Of a DNA stretch of 64,000 bases, positions 60,917 through 64,000 are shown one piece after another. The DNA comes from Bacteroidota bacterium (lineage in GTDB: Bacteria > Bacteroidota > Bacteroidia > Bacteroidales > F082). Where the stretch lies: positions 3,684 to 67,683 of the forward strand of contig JAHLLA010000011.1 of assembly GCA_020444415.1 (NCBI GenBank), in the 5' to 3' direction. Under the pieces are notes generated by a model, which saw only the letters and a list, made by a program, of their open reading frames with translations, did not search any database and was not told the origin of the DNA. Each line of letters begins with the position of its first letter. Within the stretch, counting starts at the first letter, position 1. Both the position numbers and the translations under genes were made by a program.

Positions 60917-60948
60917 AAGGCAGCACCTTAGGTGATTGCCTTTTTTTT
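60917..60948 (+). terminator. rho-independent terminator after rpoD
   Basis: AAGGCAGCACC-tta-GGTGATTGCCTT is followed by a T8 run. It overlaps the GTG at 60932, which argues against that start for gap. Confidence 0.8.
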
Positions 60949-60955
60949 ATTTTTG
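60948..60955 (+). promoter_or_regulatory. candidate -7 box for gap
   Basis: TATTTTTG lies 42 nt upstream of ATG 60998. Confidence 0.4.
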
Positions 60956-60997
60956 CTTGTAAGCTTTTTCCTTCAAATAATCAAAACCACATCCACA

Positions 60998-62461
60998 ATG
61001 ACAAAGCACAAAAATTTCAACGGTACCTACGAAGACTCTCTAAACGATTGGGCTACGCGTGAAATGCAGGCCAATGAGTTCATCAGCGTTTTATCCAAAC
61101 TTTTTTATGAAAAATCCATCGAATTGGTTTTTTACAGGAGTCAACTAATCGACCGTAGCGCCAGCATCATTTTATACCGACACTCCTATGCCGAAAATAT
61201 CATCCATAAACCGCTGAAAATAATTGACTCACTAAATTTAGCAAAAGCCATCCTTCATTGTGGGGTGGGCCCATCTAAACTGGATATTGGAAGGCTCAAC
61301 AGGGAATGGACCGAAGAGCAAAAAAATTATGTTGATTTTGAAGACTTTATAAAAATCAAGCTAAAACATCTGATTGGCACAAAAAGATCTTTCGACAAGC
61401 CTGTGGACGTAATTCTATACGGATTTGGAAGAATTGGAAGGTTATTGGCCAGGGAGCTAATTAACCAAGGAAATGGAAAACAGCTTAGGGTCAGGGCCAT
61501 TGTAACCAGAAATAATGATGAAAGGCAAATAGCTAAAAGGGCCTCTTTATTTCGCCATGATTCCGTACATGGGCCATTCAGGGGTGTTGCCATTGAAAAT
61601 ATTGATGATCAAACCATCTATATTAACGGCCACAAAGTTTTGATGCTTGCCACCAGCAATCCTGAAGAAATCGATTATACGAAATACGACATCCACAACG
61701 CCATTTTAATTGACAATACCGGAATTTACCGTGATCGTGAAGGCCTGGGAAAACATTTAAAAGCAAAAGGTGTGAACAAAGTGCTTTTAACAGCACCTGG
61801 TAAGGATGATATTCCGAATATCGTTTTCGGTGTAAACCATGCCGGCGTGGATTATAAAAAAGAAACCATCTTTTCTGCAGCTTCCTGCACAACCAATGCC
61901 GCAGCACCAATTCTCTTCGTGCTTGAAAAGGAACTGGGAATTGCAAAAGGACATATTGAAACCGTCCACTCATATACCAACGACCAGAACTTGCTCGACA
62001 ATATGCACAAGAAATTCAGAAGGGGCCGTTCTGCGCCTTTAAACCTTGTTATTACTGAAACCGGGGCTGCAAGTGCTGTTGCCAAAACGGTTCCGAGTTT
62101 AAAAGGTAAACTGACCGGAAATGCTATTCGTGTGCCCACACCCAATGTTTCGCTGGTCGTGATGTCATTAGAAGTGAAAAGGGAAACCAGCATCGACGAA
62201 ATTAACGAGCTCATGCGAAAAACAGCTTTAACAGGTGAACTGGTAGCCCAGGTAAGATATTCAACAGCCATTGATGCCGTTTCTTCGGATTTTATTGGAG
62301 AGCCTGCAACAGCAGTTTTCGATAGCCTGGCAACAAAAATTTCGGAAGATAAAAAGAACATTGTTTTATACATTTGGTATGATAATGAGTTTGGTTATAC
62401 CTTACAGGTAATCAGGGTAGCCAAAATGATGGGCAATGTAAAACGTCCGACATATTATTAA
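60998..62461 (+). CDS. gap: glyceraldehyde-3-phosphate dehydrogenase, long form with an N-terminal extension of about 135 aa
   Basis: It has the Rossmann motif ILYGFGRIGR, the catalytic SCTTNA and the GAAxA-like block. The start is moved to the ATG downstream of the terminator. Confidence 0.85.
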   Translation: MTKHKNFNGTYEDSLNDWATREMQANEFISVLSKLFYEKSIELVFYRSQLIDRSASIILYRHSYAENIIHKPLKIIDSLNLAKAILHCGVGPSKLDIGRLNREWTEEQKNYVDFEDFIKIKLKHLIGTKRSFDKPVDVILYGFGRIGRLLARELINQGNGKQLRVRAIVTRNNDERQIAKRASLFRHDSVHGPFRGVAIENIDDQTIYINGHKVLMLATSNPEEIDYTKYDIHNAILIDNTGIYRDREGLGKHLKAKGVNKVLLTAPGKDDIPNIVFGVNHAGVDYKKETIFSAASCTTNAAAPILFVLEKELGIAKGHIETVHSYTNDQNLLDNMHKKFRRGRSAPLNLVITETGAASAVAKTVPSLKGKLTGNAIRVPTPNVSLVVMSLEVKRETSIDEINELMRKTALTGELVAQVRYSTAIDAVSSDFIGEPATAVFDSLATKISEDKKNIVLYIWYDNEFGYTLQVIRVAKMMGNVKRPTYY

Positions 62462-62584
62462 TCTTAATTTTAAACGGAACATATACCTGAATAATTTTTG
62501 ATACATTGTTAACAATTAATAGTCTTTAATGAAGGTATCAGGGACTATTTATCGTTTATTTGCATGCTTATTTTATTCAAGTAG

Positions 62585-64000
<1,416 letters not shown>

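Noticed and set aside
60932-60997. A GTG-initiated N-terminal extension of gap (MIAFFLFLLVSFF...).
   Set aside because: The GTG sits inside the stem-loop and T-run of the rpoD terminator. The extension is just the translation of a T-rich terminator and promoter region.

Overview
This window is a moderately AT-rich chromosomal segment that looks like Bacteroidota. The evidence is several secreted proteins with type IX secretion (T9SS) C-terminal sorting domains, a roughly 288-aa primary sigma factor, ribosomal protein THX, and many start-proximal TAnnTTTG -7 boxes. I call 56 protein-coding genes, two of them truncated by the window edges (ppc at the 5' end, pyrG at the 3' end). I see no rRNA, tRNA, CRISPR array, transposase or recombinase gene.

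Most of the content is housekeeping:
- Central metabolism: ppc, pyk, split transketolase, gap, citrate lyase, aroK, pyrG.
- DNA and RNA functions: recR, recQ, mpg, hup, rpoD, fmt, trmH, rlmD, a DEAD-box helicase and a cold-shock-domain protein.
- Many cell-envelope and peptidoglycan genes: two L,D-transpeptidases, mltG, dapF, a GH3::serine-hydrolase fusion and htrA.

The parts most worth a second look are:
1. A three-gene sucrose-type solute cassette at 1880-6528. Its SPS-like glycosyltransferase carries a large insertion, its kinase is an atypical P-loop type, and its third gene fuses a phosphatase to a GH100-like hydrolase.
2. A 929-aa fusion of a QueC-like PP-loop domain to a MurD-type ligase at 31943-34732. 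This may be a fused MurL/MurD2-type route to D-Glu in peptidoglycan.
3. A cassette-like region just after citF at 50404-53153. A 21-nt copy of the citF 3' end and two or three copies of a hairpin-containing repeat bracket single T9SS cargo genes.
4. THX fused to a histone-H1-like lysine-rich repeat tail.
5. A CitD::CitE fusion with no citC, citX or citG nearby.
6. An orphan GroES co-oriented with a thioredoxin-fold/glutaredoxin fusion.
7. A LytTR membrane regulator next to a large uncharacterised TIM-barrel-like protein.
8. Several structured intergenic elements.

All functional calls come from motif recognition by eye. No database search was run.
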